Source: a virus. Taken from it: a DNA stretch of 64,000 nt. This document shows positions 20,642-30,356 of this stretch, piece after piece. Made by a program: the position numbers and the translations under genes. Under the pieces are notes generated by a model that was given only the letters and a program-made list of their open reading frames with translations, was not told the DNA's origin and made no database searches. Numbering within the stretch: position 1 is the stretch's first letter; each line of letters starts with the position of its first letter. The DNA lies in the IMG/VR virus record IMGVR_UViG_3300042914_002215, one strand, 5' to 3'.

Positions 20642-20688
20642 GTAGAGATTTTTAAAAAACCAACACTTCCCAATATTTTGGAGTCAAA

Positions 20689-23600
20689 ATGGCTAGAAAA
20701 GCAATTATAGACACATATTACTCGTTCACACCGTCAACAAGAACGATTGTGTTTAATCAAGTGATTCAGCGTGAACGCTTTGTTCTAATTACAAACGTCA
20801 CTACGAATCAAGTAATATATAATTTTTCAGATCCTAATCTGAAGCTGACTTCTCATACAATCAGTCAGAACACGACAAGCGGTGTGTCAACAACAACAAT
20901 TGTGTTGCAGTATAATACAACTGCGATGTCGTCTACCGATAAACTTCAAGTTGTAGTTGATGAATATGCTGAAGTATTTGAACCGGATGAACTTTATACT
21001 GATCCAGTAAATAAATTCCGTGTGTCTCAGCCACAGTCTATGATCGATACAGACTTTGAATATGGTACACAAGCAACAAAATGGGAAACACTTTCTTTGG
21101 TAAATAACAGAGCATTTGCATATGCGAATGTGGCGGCTAACTCTGACGTTTCTGTTGGTGGTCCAATTAATGTTTCGGCTATTACAGTAAATTCTAATTC
21201 TAGTTTTGTTACTGTTTACACTCCAAATCCTCCAATTGTAAATACTCCAATTTTTATTACTGACACGGCTTGGGGTCCTGCTGATGGTACATATGTTGTT
21301 GATGCAGTTTTTTCTGGTTTAGGATTTAGATATACAGCAAAACAACGTTATCAAGCAACTCTTGGAGTAACAACTGGTCTGAACATTAATATTCCAGGTG
21401 TGTCACAAGTTGCTAACGGTTCAGTATTTACACGTTCAAATATCGCCATTTCTAATATCAACTTCACTGGCGTTTTTGCAAATGGTATTGTAAGAACTGT
21501 TCAGCCTCATGGCTTATCATTGGGTAATGAAATTATTCTTCAAGGAACGGTAGCAGCAACATCTGGCGCACCTAATGGTACATTTACCATCACTGGTGTT
21601 TATTCGAATACAGAATTTAGAATTGATTCTAATGTTGCACCTGTAAGTGCAACCGGTATCAATTCTGGTGGTTTTGCAAATCTATTCTCTTCAGGCCGTT
21701 CAACAGTTGTACATCGTGCTTACGATGGTGGTGTTGAGTTTAGCACAGCAGCAGAAGGTCACAACAATCAACTAATTCGCCAAACACGCCGTTATTTCCG
21801 TTATCAGTCTGGTAAAGGCATTCAAATGTCAACTGGCACTTTGATGAAACCTTCAATTCGTTTAGATAGTATTACAAGTTCAGGTGTAACCGTAACAGTA
21901 AAAACGAAAGAGCCTCATTTCTTAGATACTAATACATCTATTACAATTACTGGTTGCAATGAAAGTGCATACAATGGAACATTTACAATTAGTGAGGTTC
22001 TAGATCCTTATACACTTCGTTATATTGCTGGTAGCACACCTTCATCAGCAACAGCAACAGGACTATACTTCTTATCGGTAAATGGTTGGTACGGTGCATC
22101 GAATCGTGTTGGTATGTTTGATGATCAAAATGGTATCTTCTTTGAATTTGATGGACAACAACTATACGCAGTTCGTCGTTCTTCAACAAGACAGCTATCA
22201 GGATTCATCAGTGCTAACGTTGCAAACACACAAATAGATGGCGTATCTGTGAATGGTGTAACTACTAAGTTTGCATCTGAACTTGATGTTGGAGATTATA
22301 TTGTAATTAAAGGTATGTCGTATCGTGTTATTGAAATTAATTCTGACTCAAGATTACATGTGTCTCCTGCATACAGAGGTAATACCCAAATTCTACAAGG
22401 CGTGACTGCTAAAACGATTGACTTCAAGATCCCACAATCGCAGTGGAATTTAGATCGTTGTGATGGCACCGGTCCTTCAGGATTTAATCTTGATCTACGT
22501 AAAATGCAAATGTTTTATCTAGATTATTCTTGGTATGGCGCAGGTTTTGTTCGTTGGGGATTCCGTGGCGCAGATGGTAATATCATTTACTGCCATAAAA
22601 TGATAAACAATAATGTAAATTATGAAGCATATATGCGTTCCGGTAATTTACCAGGTCGTTATGAAACCAATACTTTTGCGCCTAGAACAAAAGTTCAAGC
22701 AACTATCAATGCAGGTGATACATCAGTAAATGTTGCGAATGCATCAGCTTTTCCGACTTCAGGAACTTTGTGGATAACAAATGGCGCTGGTCTAAGTGAG
22801 TTCGTAAATTACAATGGTGTAACTAACAGTTCACCAACAGGTTGGACATTTAATAATCTTGTTCGTGGACAGCCGGGTGCTACAATCAACTGTATTATGA
22901 GCACTTCAAATTCAGTGTTGAATCTTGTTTCAGGACAAACAACAACAGGAATTCAACTTGGTATGTTCGTGCAAAGTGCAAACGTTCCACAAGTTGCTCA
23001 AGTTGTTAGTATCAATCCTAACGTTTCAATTCAATTATCTCAAGCACCACAGATTGGTGGAACTGGTTTAGTAACATTTATTCCTATGGGTAATGTTGCT
23101 CAAACATTTACATACAGTGCTACTTCACCAACATACGCTGAGTTACATGCACCTGGATATGCGCCACGTATTGCACATTGGGGCACATCAGTAATTATGG
23201 ATGGTCGTTATGATGACGATAAATCATTCGTGTTTACGCAGGGTATGAGAGGCGGTTTATCTGTTCCTGCCGGACAACGTATGGCTCTTCAGAGTTTCCG
23301 TGTCGCACCTTCAGTGAATAATGGTGTTCCTGGTTCAGCTTTAGGTGATCGTGAAGTTGTTAATCGTATGCAAATGGTTCTTCGTCAGCTCGACTTGTTA
23401 TCAGGCGGTCAGTTCTTGATTGAAGTTGTTCTGAATGGTTCCACAGCAAATGCTGCACCAGTTTGGCAAAACGTTGGTGGTTCAAGTCTTACTCAGTATG
23501 TTAATCATGCAGTGAATACACGAATTGACGGTGGTGAAGTTATCTACGGCTTCTTCACAAACTCTTCTGGTGGTGCATCCAACTTGACTACAACTTCTAT

Positions 23601-23775
23601 GGACTTACCTCTGGTTCGTGATATGGGTAATAGCATTCTTGGAGGAGGAACAAATGATCCAACAAGAGGTTTCTTCCCAGATGGACCAGATATAGTGACA
23701 ATTGTTGCTCGTAACGTTGGTACGGCAGCGGCGTCGGTATTCTCACGACTTTCATGGACAGAAGCACAAGCATAA
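20689..23775 (+). CDS. large virion structural protein (baseplate/fibre-associated)
   Basis: RBS GGAG; Y.F.P....I...LITNVT.N.VIYNFSD N-terminus; repeated T..PHG/PHF...I.G domains; DYSWYGAG lectin-like segment. Confidence 0.6.
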   Translation: MARKAIIDTYYSFTPSTRTIVFNQVIQRERFVLITNVTTNQVIYNFSDPNLKLTSHTISQNTTSGVSTTTIVLQYNTTAMSSTDKLQVVVDEYAEVFEPDELYTDPVNKFRVSQPQSMIDTDFEYGTQATKWETLSLVNNRAFAYANVAANSDVSVGGPINVSAITVNSNSSFVTVYTPNPPIVNTPIFITDTAWGPADGTYVVDAVFSGLGFRYTAKQRYQATLGVTTGLNINIPGVSQVANGSVFTRSNIAISNINFTGVFANGIVRTVQPHGLSLGNEIILQGTVAATSGAPNGTFTITGVYSNTEFRIDSNVAPVSATGINSGGFANLFSSGRSTVVHRAYDGGVEFSTAAEGHNNQLIRQTRRYFRYQSGKGIQMSTGTLMKPSIRLDSITSSGVTVTVKTKEPHFLDTNTSITITGCNESAYNGTFTISEVLDPYTLRYIAGSTPSSATATGLYFLSVNGWYGASNRVGMFDDQNGIFFEFDGQQLYAVRRSSTRQLSGFISANVANTQIDGVSVNGVTTKFASELDVGDYIVIKGMSYRVIEINSDSRLHVSPAYRGNTQILQGVTAKTIDFKIPQSQWNLDRCDGTGPSGFNLDLRKMQMFYLDYSWYGAGFVRWGFRGADGNIIYCHKMINNNVNYEAYMRSGNLPGRYETNTFAPRTKVQATINAGDTSVNVANASAFPTSGTLWITNGAGLSEFVNYNGVTNSSPTGWTFNNLVRGQPGATINCIMSTSNSVLNLVSGQTTTGIQLGMFVQSANVPQVAQVVSINPNVSIQLSQAPQIGGTGLVTFIPMGNVAQTFTYSATSPTYAELHAPGYAPRIAHWGTSVIMDGRYDDDKSFVFTQGMRGGLSVPAGQRMALQSFRVAPSVNNGVPGSALGDREVVNRMQMVLRQLDLLSGGQFLIEVVLNGSTANAAPVWQNVGGSSLTQYVNHAVNTRIDGGEVIYGFFTNSSGGASNLTTTSMDLPLVRDMGNSILGGGTNDPTRGFFPDGPDIVTIVARNVGTAAASVFSRLSWTEAQA

Positions 23776-24420
23776 ATGCAAACAGTTACTACATTACCAA
23801 TACTGCAAACCGTTAGTGATTCACAAGATCACTATATCGGTTTGCAGCCCGCAATTGGTGGAAAAACAACGGCAGAGTATGTCAATCGCAATCTGTCGTT
23901 CAATCCTGCATCAAACACTCTGAACATTGGAGTTAATGTTCAATTTCTGCCTAATGCTGTGAGTGGTGCAGCAATTGCTGATGGTGGTATCACTTCATCA
24001 AAAATTGGTGCGCTTACACGACTAATTGAACAGGCAAAAATAATTCCAGGCACAACGGGTGGTAATGTAAACATTGATTTATTGGAAGCGACAGTATATT
24101 ATCTCACTGGATTTCCAAGTGCTAATTTGACATTCAATCTTCGTGGAAGTTCTTCAAGAAGATTAGATGAATTGTTAAATCCTGGCCAATCAATCAGCAC
24201 TGTATTTTTGATATCTCAAAATGTGAATCAATATGCAGCAAATATATCTATTGACGGGATTTATCAAGCAGCAAATACAAGATATCTTGGTAATTCAAAG
24301 CCAGGATTTGCAACTCTAACGGGTAATCCAATCATTGATGTGTATTCAATAGTGACATTAAAAGTTGGCGCAAACGCATACACTGTGTTAAGTTCTAATA
24401 CTGCTTTCGGAACAGGTTAA
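23776..24420 (+). CDS. fibre accessory protein with C-terminal TFNLRG domain
   Basis: LSFNPASNTL; GNVNIDL...VYY...LTFNLRG shared with 6094 and 7978. Confidence 0.55.
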   Translation: MQTVTTLPILQTVSDSQDHYIGLQPAIGGKTTAEYVNRNLSFNPASNTLNIGVNVQFLPNAVSGAAIADGGITSSKIGALTRLIEQAKIIPGTTGGNVNIDLLEATVYYLTGFPSANLTFNLRGSSSRRLDELLNPGQSISTVFLISQNVNQYAANISIDGIYQAANTRYLGNSKPGFATLTGNPIIDVYSIVTLKVGANAYTVLSSNTAFGTG

Positions 24421-24421
24421 T

Positions 24422-24595
24422 ATGCCAGAACAAAAAGTTGAATCGGGTCGTATAGCAACAGGTGCAGTCACTACAGACAAGATTGCGCCTCTTGCTATTA
24501 CAGGTAATCTTATTGCAAACAACGCTGTCAGTGGAAACAATATTGTTTCACCTCCGGATATTTTCGATGATGCACTTTTATTTGGTGGTATGTAA
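24422..24595 (+). CDS. 57-aa fibre stub (absent from ORF track): MPEQKVESGRIATGAVTTDKIAPLAITGNLIANNAVSGNNIVSPPDIFDDALLFGGM
   Basis: Translated by hand; fills the gap exactly, TAATG-coupled to the next gene; same repeats and C-terminal tag as 854-1489. Confidence 0.75.
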   Translation: MPEQKVESGRIATGAVTTDKIAPLAITGNLIANNAVSGNNIVSPPDIFDDALLFGGM

Positions 24596-24822
24596 TGATA
24601 CAAAAAGTTAGAACGAGTTTAATTGCAGATCAAGCAGTTGATGGTAATAACATGGGTGTTCGTGCTGTTAGTGCGAATAATATAGCACTCGGTGCTATTA
24701 CAGGCAATCTTATTTCAACAAGTGCAGTCAGTTCAAACAACATTGCTAACGGTTCTATCACTAACGACAAATTGTCTGAGCCGAACGCATTTGAAGATTA
24801 CTTTCTAATGGGTGGTTTGTAA
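24595..24822 (+). CDS. 75-aa fibre stub ending AFEDYFLMGGL
   Basis: Pentapeptide repeats plus conserved tag; TAATG coupling on both sides. Confidence 0.7.
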   Translation: MIQKVRTSLIADQAVDGNNMGVRAVSANNIALGAITGNLISTSAVSSNNIANGSITNDKLSEPNAFEDYFLMGGL

Positions 24823-27386
24823 TGGGTTTAAAAAGGTACACCGTAGCAAGCATCACTAATCAAAGATTCACTGTTCGTGGATTTGGTGGAGGTGCTATCA
24901 CACCTGCTGCACCAGTCGTTACGAATACTGCTATACAAATATTTACGGAAAGTAGTGCATGGGTGGCACCACCTGGTGTAACATCAGTTGAATATCTTGT
25001 TGTTGCTGGTGGAGGAGGTGCAGGTTTTAATCACTCGGGTGGTGGCGGTGGAGGTGGTTATCGTGCAGGTACTGGTTTATTTGTAACAGCAAATCAAACG
25101 TATACAATTGTTGTTGGTGGTGGTGGCACAGGAGGTTCTTCTGCTGGCAACAGAGGAGGAAACGGCTCAAATTCTGGAATTTATGGAACTGCTCCTTTTT
25201 CAGCCCTATGGTCAACTGGAGGAGGAGGTGGAGGAAACAGACACGATGGGACTCAAGCTCCAGCACAACATGGGAACTCTGGCGGTTCTGGAGGTGGTGG
25301 TGGTGGCGAAGATATTTCCGGCGCCGGAAATGGTGGTTCTGGTACGCCTGGCCAGGGATTTTCTGGTGGAAATGGTATAAATGGAAACTCTTTGGCATCA
25401 GGCGGCGGTGGTGGTGGCGCAGGCGCAGCTGGATTAAACGCTGCACCATCTTTAGGAGGTAACGGTGGTATAGGTATTTTTTCCACAATTACCGGTGCAA
25501 ATGTAGGATACGCTGGTGGTGGTGGCGGTGGTGGAATGGGGACCGGAGGTTTAGGAGCATTTTCGTTTGGTGGAGCAAATGGACATATATTAACTAATTC
25601 TACTGGCTCATCTGGAAATGTAAATCTTGGAGGTGGTGGTGGAGGCACTGGACCTTCAACTAATCCATCGGGAACAGGTGGTGCTGGCGGTTCTGGTATT
25701 GTTGTTCTCAAATACACATTTGGTGATGCTACAAATCAAACATTTGTCTTTGCAAATACAGGACAATTTAGAGTACCTGATGGAATCACAACAATTGATT
25801 ATCTGTTAGTTGCAGGTGGAGGTGGAGGAGGTTCTCAATCTGGCGGTGGCGGTGGCGGTGGTGGTGTTCTTGTTGGTACAGGATATCCCGTAGGACCAAA
25901 TCAATTATACACTATTCAAGTTGGTGCGGGAGGTTCTGGTGTGCCTTCCGTAGCGCCGGGCGGCGGCTCTTTTTCTGGAAATAATGGAACGAATACTGTT
26001 TTCTCAACAGGTAACACAGCAAATTCTGCTTTATTTACCGCTGTAGGAGGCGGTGGTGGTGGAAGAACAACTGCAAATGGAGCAAATGGCGGTTCGGGTG
26101 GTGGAGCAGGTAGTTCTTCTATAAGTGCTCGTTTGGGTGGTACAGGTACACCAGGACAAGGATATGATGGTGGAAATAATATAGTTTCTGGAACAACCAA
26201 TTTTATGGCTGGCGGCGGTGGTGGTGGTGCTGGTGTTAAAGGTGGAGATTCTTTTTGGATTAGTAGTCCAAATACTATAGCTAGTGGTAATGGTGGTAAT
26301 GGTATTTTTTCAACAATCACAGGAACATCTGTCGCTTATGGTGATGGTGGTGGCGGTGGTTCATATAATCGTGGTGCTCCTATAGGACCGGGCTATACAT
26401 ACTATTCTTCCGGTGGATATGGTTCAGGTGGTGCGGGAGGTGTAAATTTAGAAGCAAATGGAACGGACGCTATTGTTTCCACTGGCTCTGGTGGTGGTGG
26501 AGGTGGTTTAGCAGGTACTTTGCCAGCTGGTAAATCTGGTTCAGGCAGTTCGGGTATAGCAGTCATCAAAATATCAGCAGTACAAAATAAGATTGCAGTG
26601 TTCTCCAACACAGCAACATGGAATGTTCCAACAGGTGTAACTGCCGTTGATTATGTTGTCGTGGGTGGAGGTGGAGGTGGTGCATCTGGAGGTGGTGGCG
26701 CTGGTGGATATAGAACAGGAGCAAGTTTTCCAGTAACGCCAGGAACATTAATGACGGTTACTGTTGGTGCTGGCGGTGCAGGTGGTATTGCAACAAGTCC
26801 TGCTATGACACCCGCATCAAACGGAACAGACTCCATTTTCTCAACAATCACATCAGCTGGTGGTGGAGGTGGTGCTGGCTATCCATCAAACTCGGGCAGA
26901 AGTGGTGGCTCCGGTGGAGGTGGTGCAACAAGTGGTCCGAATCAACAAGGTGGCCAGGGTAATTGGTGGTCAAGTAATAACTCATTCTCAGGAATTTCAC
27001 CAGCACAAGGAACAAGTGGAGGCTCTGGTTACGGATATTTTGGTGTAGCTGGTGGCGGTGGCGGTGGCGCAGGTGCAAATGGTGCAAGTGCAGTCGTAGA
27101 CTTAACAAATGTTGCTGGAGCGGGTGGTATCGGCACACCATCAACTATAACAGGATCGGCAGTATATTATGCTGGTGGCGGCGGTGGTGGTGCATCAAAT
27201 GGTTCACCGGGCGCCACAGCAGCAGCAGGAGGTCTTGGTGGTGGCGGTAATGGTTCTAGTGCTGCTGCGCCAGTAGGAGGTAGTAATGGTGGCGCAGGTT
27301 TAGGCGGCGGTGGTGGCGGTTCAGGCACACCTGGAACAGTTGGCGGCTCTGGTGGTGGCGGAGTTGTCATTCTCAAATGGACATAA
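24822..27386 (+). CDS. glycine-rich adhesin-like protein, three tandem domains
   Basis: Paralog of 9960-12548 (QIFTES, FVFANTGQ..PDGITTIDYL, VIKISA.QNKIAVFSNTATWNVPTGV, VVILKWT). Confidence 0.65.
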   Translation: MGLKRYTVASITNQRFTVRGFGGGAITPAAPVVTNTAIQIFTESSAWVAPPGVTSVEYLVVAGGGGAGFNHSGGGGGGGYRAGTGLFVTANQTYTIVVGGGGTGGSSAGNRGGNGSNSGIYGTAPFSALWSTGGGGGGNRHDGTQAPAQHGNSGGSGGGGGGEDISGAGNGGSGTPGQGFSGGNGINGNSLASGGGGGGAGAAGLNAAPSLGGNGGIGIFSTITGANVGYAGGGGGGGMGTGGLGAFSFGGANGHILTNSTGSSGNVNLGGGGGGTGPSTNPSGTGGAGGSGIVVLKYTFGDATNQTFVFANTGQFRVPDGITTIDYLLVAGGGGGGSQSGGGGGGGGVLVGTGYPVGPNQLYTIQVGAGGSGVPSVAPGGGSFSGNNGTNTVFSTGNTANSALFTAVGGGGGGRTTANGANGGSGGGAGSSSISARLGGTGTPGQGYDGGNNIVSGTTNFMAGGGGGGAGVKGGDSFWISSPNTIASGNGGNGIFSTITGTSVAYGDGGGGGSYNRGAPIGPGYTYYSSGGYGSGGAGGVNLEANGTDAIVSTGSGGGGGGLAGTLPAGKSGSGSSGIAVIKISAVQNKIAVFSNTATWNVPTGVTAVDYVVVGGGGGGASGGGGAGGYRTGASFPVTPGTLMTVTVGAGGAGGIATSPAMTPASNGTDSIFSTITSAGGGGGAGYPSNSGRSGGSGGGGATSGPNQQGGQGNWWSSNNSFSGISPAQGTSGGSGYGYFGVAGGGGGGAGANGASAVVDLTNVAGAGGIGTPSTITGSAVYYAGGGGGGASNGSPGATAAAGGLGGGGNGSSAAAPVGGSNGGAGLGGGGGGSGTPGTVGGSGGGGVVILKWT

Positions 27387-27412
27387 AATAAATACGAACA
27401 AAAGAGACAGCA

Positions 27413-27619
27413 ATGGTAGATATCGTAAGAGTAGGTTCAAATCGTATAGCAAATAGTTCAGTGACAGGCAATAAAATTGCTGATAACTCTATTCGTGCTA
27501 ACAATATCGTTGCTGGACAAATTACAGGCAATCTAATTGCCGATAATACAGTTACAAATTCAAATCTTTCAGAGCCAAACGCTTTTGAAGATTACTTTTT
27601 ATTAGGTCTAGGCTCATAA
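27413..27619 (+). CDS. 68-aa fibre stub ending AFEDYFLLGLGS
   Basis: Same repeats and tag as 24595-24822. Confidence 0.7.
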   Translation: MVDIVRVGSNRIANSSVTGNKIADNSIRANNIVAGQITGNLIADNTVTNSNLSEPNAFEDYFLLGLGS

Positions 27620-27628
27620 GGAAAAAAA

Positions 27629-27958
27629 ATGCCAAGAAGATATGCTATTTTAGGACAAATTAACCCATCAGCAAATACACTTGCAACTTTATATCAAGTG
27701 CCAGCAGGTAATTCTGCTGTTATTTCTTCAATCAATATTGCAAATCTTGATGCTAATGCTGCTGCTTTTAGTATTGCTGCTAATGTATCTGGTATTGCAA
27801 CTGCTAATGCAAACTATCTTGCATGGCGTGTTTCTGTGCCAGGCAATGATTCAATTGCATTGAGTTTGGGTGTGACACTTAATGCATCATCGTATTTGTC
27901 TGTTAATGCTAATACATCAACAGTTACTTTCTCAGCTTTTGGCACAGAACTCTACTAA
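27629..27958 (+). CDS. small adaptor-like protein, MARxYKILGQ family copy 3
   Basis: MPRRYAILGQINPSAN...FGTELY; RBS AAGGA. Confidence 0.65.
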   Translation: MPRRYAILGQINPSANTLATLYQVPAGNSAVISSINIANLDANAAAFSIAANVSGIATANANYLAWRVSVPGNDSIALSLGVTLNASSYLSVNANTSTVTFSAFGTELY

Positions 27959-29184
27959 TGCCAATCCGTAAGTTTACTAATGGTCGTTTCAGCGTAAAAC
28001 GATTCACTGCACCAGGTGCAGGAAGTTCTGCTTCATTTCCGCCTACTTGGGTTACAGCGAATGGTTCACTGGGAATTGTATCAAGAAATTCGGCGTTTAC
28101 ACCTGCCACAGTTACCGCAATTTCTTCCGGATCAATCATCTATGCGGTTTCTTCAGGAACATTGCCTGAAGGATTGTATTTAGGATCATCTAATGGAACT
28201 ATTTTTGGAACATACTCTTTAGCACCAAAACCGAATACTGGAAATAGTTTAATTAAAAATTTTAATGTTAGAGCAACAGATACTTCTTCAGGATTATTCA
28301 GTGATGCATCTTTTTCGATTAATACAATTAATGAATTTGTTACCACTGTAAATTTTTCTTATACAGGCGCAGATCAACTTTATACTTTACCTCCAAATGT
28401 TAATTGGGTTAGAGCACAGTTGTGGGGTGCGGGTGGAGGAAATTGGAGAGCAACAACAGGCGCAGGAGGATATACAGAAGCTATAGTTTCAGTTCCTTCT
28501 GGAGTTAATACAATGAATGTTATTGTTGGTGGTGCGGGAGGAAATTATAATGGTGGTTATGGTGGAGGAGGATTCTCAAACGTAGACGGTGGTAGTGGTG
28601 GCGGTGGTGGCGGTGGTAGAAGTGCAATTCGATTTGCTTCTCCTGGAAATCCTTTTGTTGAAGTTTTAACTGCTGGTGGAGGTGGTGGTTCTGGTTTAGG
28701 TGGTAATTCTGGTGGTGGCGGTGGCGGTTTAACAGGTTTACCCGGAAATGGTCCGGCAGCGGGTACTGGAGGAACACAGAGTACGGGTGGTGCTGGAGGC
28801 ACAGGAAGCGGTGGAACAGCAGGATCAGGATCACAATTTCAAGGAGGAACTTCCACTGGCGGCTTCTCAGGCGGTGGCGGTGGCGGTGGTTATTATGGTG
28901 GTGGTGGTGCTTCAGGTGTGCCTACACAGCATCATGGTGGTGGTGGCGGTTCTGGATTCATTGGAACAAATGGATCAACTGCATTACCTGGAAACGAACA
29001 AGGATCGTTTAGCACTTTTGGAGATACAACTCCAAGATTTGATTCAGTTCGTGCCGTTTATTATGAATACACAAGATGTTTGAGAGGTGGTACAGCTAAT
29101 AGTGCTGCTGCATATTCTGGTCCAGGTTATTCACCTGGAACTGGAGGGTCTGGACAAAACGGTTACGTGTCAGTTTCTTGGTAA
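27958..29184 (+). CDS. Ig-like domain plus glycine-rich adhesin-like protein
   Basis: P.WVT..GSLG...YAVSSGTLPEGL.L...G.I.GT...FNVRATD Ig-like repeat, then LWGAGGG...NGYVSVSW. Confidence 0.6.
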   Translation: MPIRKFTNGRFSVKRFTAPGAGSSASFPPTWVTANGSLGIVSRNSAFTPATVTAISSGSIIYAVSSGTLPEGLYLGSSNGTIFGTYSLAPKPNTGNSLIKNFNVRATDTSSGLFSDASFSINTINEFVTTVNFSYTGADQLYTLPPNVNWVRAQLWGAGGGNWRATTGAGGYTEAIVSVPSGVNTMNVIVGGAGGNYNGGYGGGGFSNVDGGSGGGGGGGRSAIRFASPGNPFVEVLTAGGGGGSGLGGNSGGGGGGLTGLPGNGPAAGTGGTQSTGGAGGTGSGGTAGSGSQFQGGTSTGGFSGGGGGGGYYGGGGASGVPTQHHGGGGGSGFIGTNGSTALPGNEQGSFSTFGDTTPRFDSVRAVYYEYTRCLRGGTANSAAAYSGPGYSPGTGGSGQNGYVSVSW

Positions 29185-29200
29185 TTTAAAAGGAAAAATT

Positions 29201-29395
29201 ATGGCTATATTTAATCCCGTTCATGTTTATGATGTTATTTGGGAAGATTCAGAAGGTAACAGAACGCAAAAAAGTTATTTTGTTGAAGGAACCAAAGGTA
29301 AAATTGAAATTGATGAAGAGTTAAAATTATTGTTTCCCGATGCTGTTGATTTTGCTTATATAAGATTAGCAGAATCAATTGAGCCATTAAAATAA
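29201..29395 (+). CDS. hypothetical 64-aa protein
   Basis: ATG at 29201 with AAGGA RBS, in frame with track ORF 29087-29395. Confidence 0.5.
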   Translation: MAIFNPVHVYDVIWEDSEGNRTQKSYFVEGTKGKIEIDEELKLLFPDAVDFAYIRLAESIEPLK

Positions 29396-29405
29396 ATAAA
29401 CAATC

Positions 29406-30356
29406 ATGCCAATAAACACAAGACAACAATTCAAAGATTACTGCTTACGCCGACTTGGTTGGCCAGTAATTGAAATCAACGTTGATGATGATCAGGTAGA
29501 TGATCGTATCGATGATGCACTCAACTTCTGGCGTGATTATCATTATGACGGAACAGAAAAACTGTTCATGAAACATCAAATCACACAAGCAGATATTGAT
29601 CGTCAATGGATTTATTGTCCAGATGCAGTGCAGTTTGTTACAGGCATTTTTCCGTTTGATCAATCTAACGCATCAATCAATATGTTTGACTTGCGTTATC
29701 AGTTACGTCTACACGATCTCTATGACTTTACATCGGTATCATATGTGTCATACGAAATCACGATGCAGCATCTACGCACATTGAATTTGCTGTTCTCTGG
29801 TACGCCACAGTTTCGTTTCAATCGTCATCAAAACAAAGTGTTCTTAGACATTGATTGGACAAGAGATGTGCAACCAGGTGATTGGGTTGTTGTTGAATGT
29901 TATCGTACAATTCGTCCAGAAACAGTTACACTGACTGGTACGGTAACGGGTTCACCTTCATCAAATACAATTACAGGCTATGGTACGAAATTCGATCAAG
30001 AAATCGTACCGTATGATTTTATTACCATTGGTACAGAATCAAAACAAGTTGGTAACATTGAGTCTCCAACAAGTCTGACGCTGATTGGACCACCGACATT
30101 GACGCACAACAATTCGGCAATTCAAATTGAAGGCACGACTGATGTGTGGAATGATCGTTTTCTGAAGCAACTTGCAACTGCAAAAATCAAACAGCAGTGG
30201 GGCAACAATCTCAAAAAATTTGAGGGTATTCAAATGCCCGGTGGTGTCACACTGAATGGTCAAAAGATTTACGATGAAGCAACCGAAGAAATCAAAGATA
30301 TGGAAGAGCAGATTTACATGATGGGTTCACTGCCATCGGAAATCTTTACTGGCTAA
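29406..30356 (+). CDS. gp13: neck protein gp13
   Basis: YCLRRLG.PVIEINVDDDQ..DRIDDAL, KQQWG.NL.KF.G.Q.PGGVTLNG. Confidence 0.92.
   Translation: MPINTRQQFKDYCLRRLGWPVIEINVDDDQVDDRIDDALNFWRDYHYDGTEKLFMKHQITQADIDRQWIYCPDAVQFVTGIFPFDQSNASINMFDLRYQLRLHDLYDFTSVSYVSYEITMQHLRTLNLLFSGTPQFRFNRHQNKVFLDIDWTRDVQPGDWVVVECYRTIRPETVTLTGTVTGSPSSNTITGYGTKFDQEIVPYDFITIGTESKQVGNIESPTSLTLIGPPTLTHNNSAIQIEGTTDVWNDRFLKQLATAKIKQQWGNNLKKFEGIQMPGGVTLNGQKIYDEATEEIKDMEEQIYMMGSLPSEIFTG

Noticed and set aside
2644-29083. Many Pro-rich, His-rich or Val-rich alternative-frame and antisense ORFs (e.g. 10454-10906, 25253-25717, 3907-4368)
   Set aside because: Shadows of GGT/GGA glycine codon runs in the real + strand genes; no independent RBS or domain features
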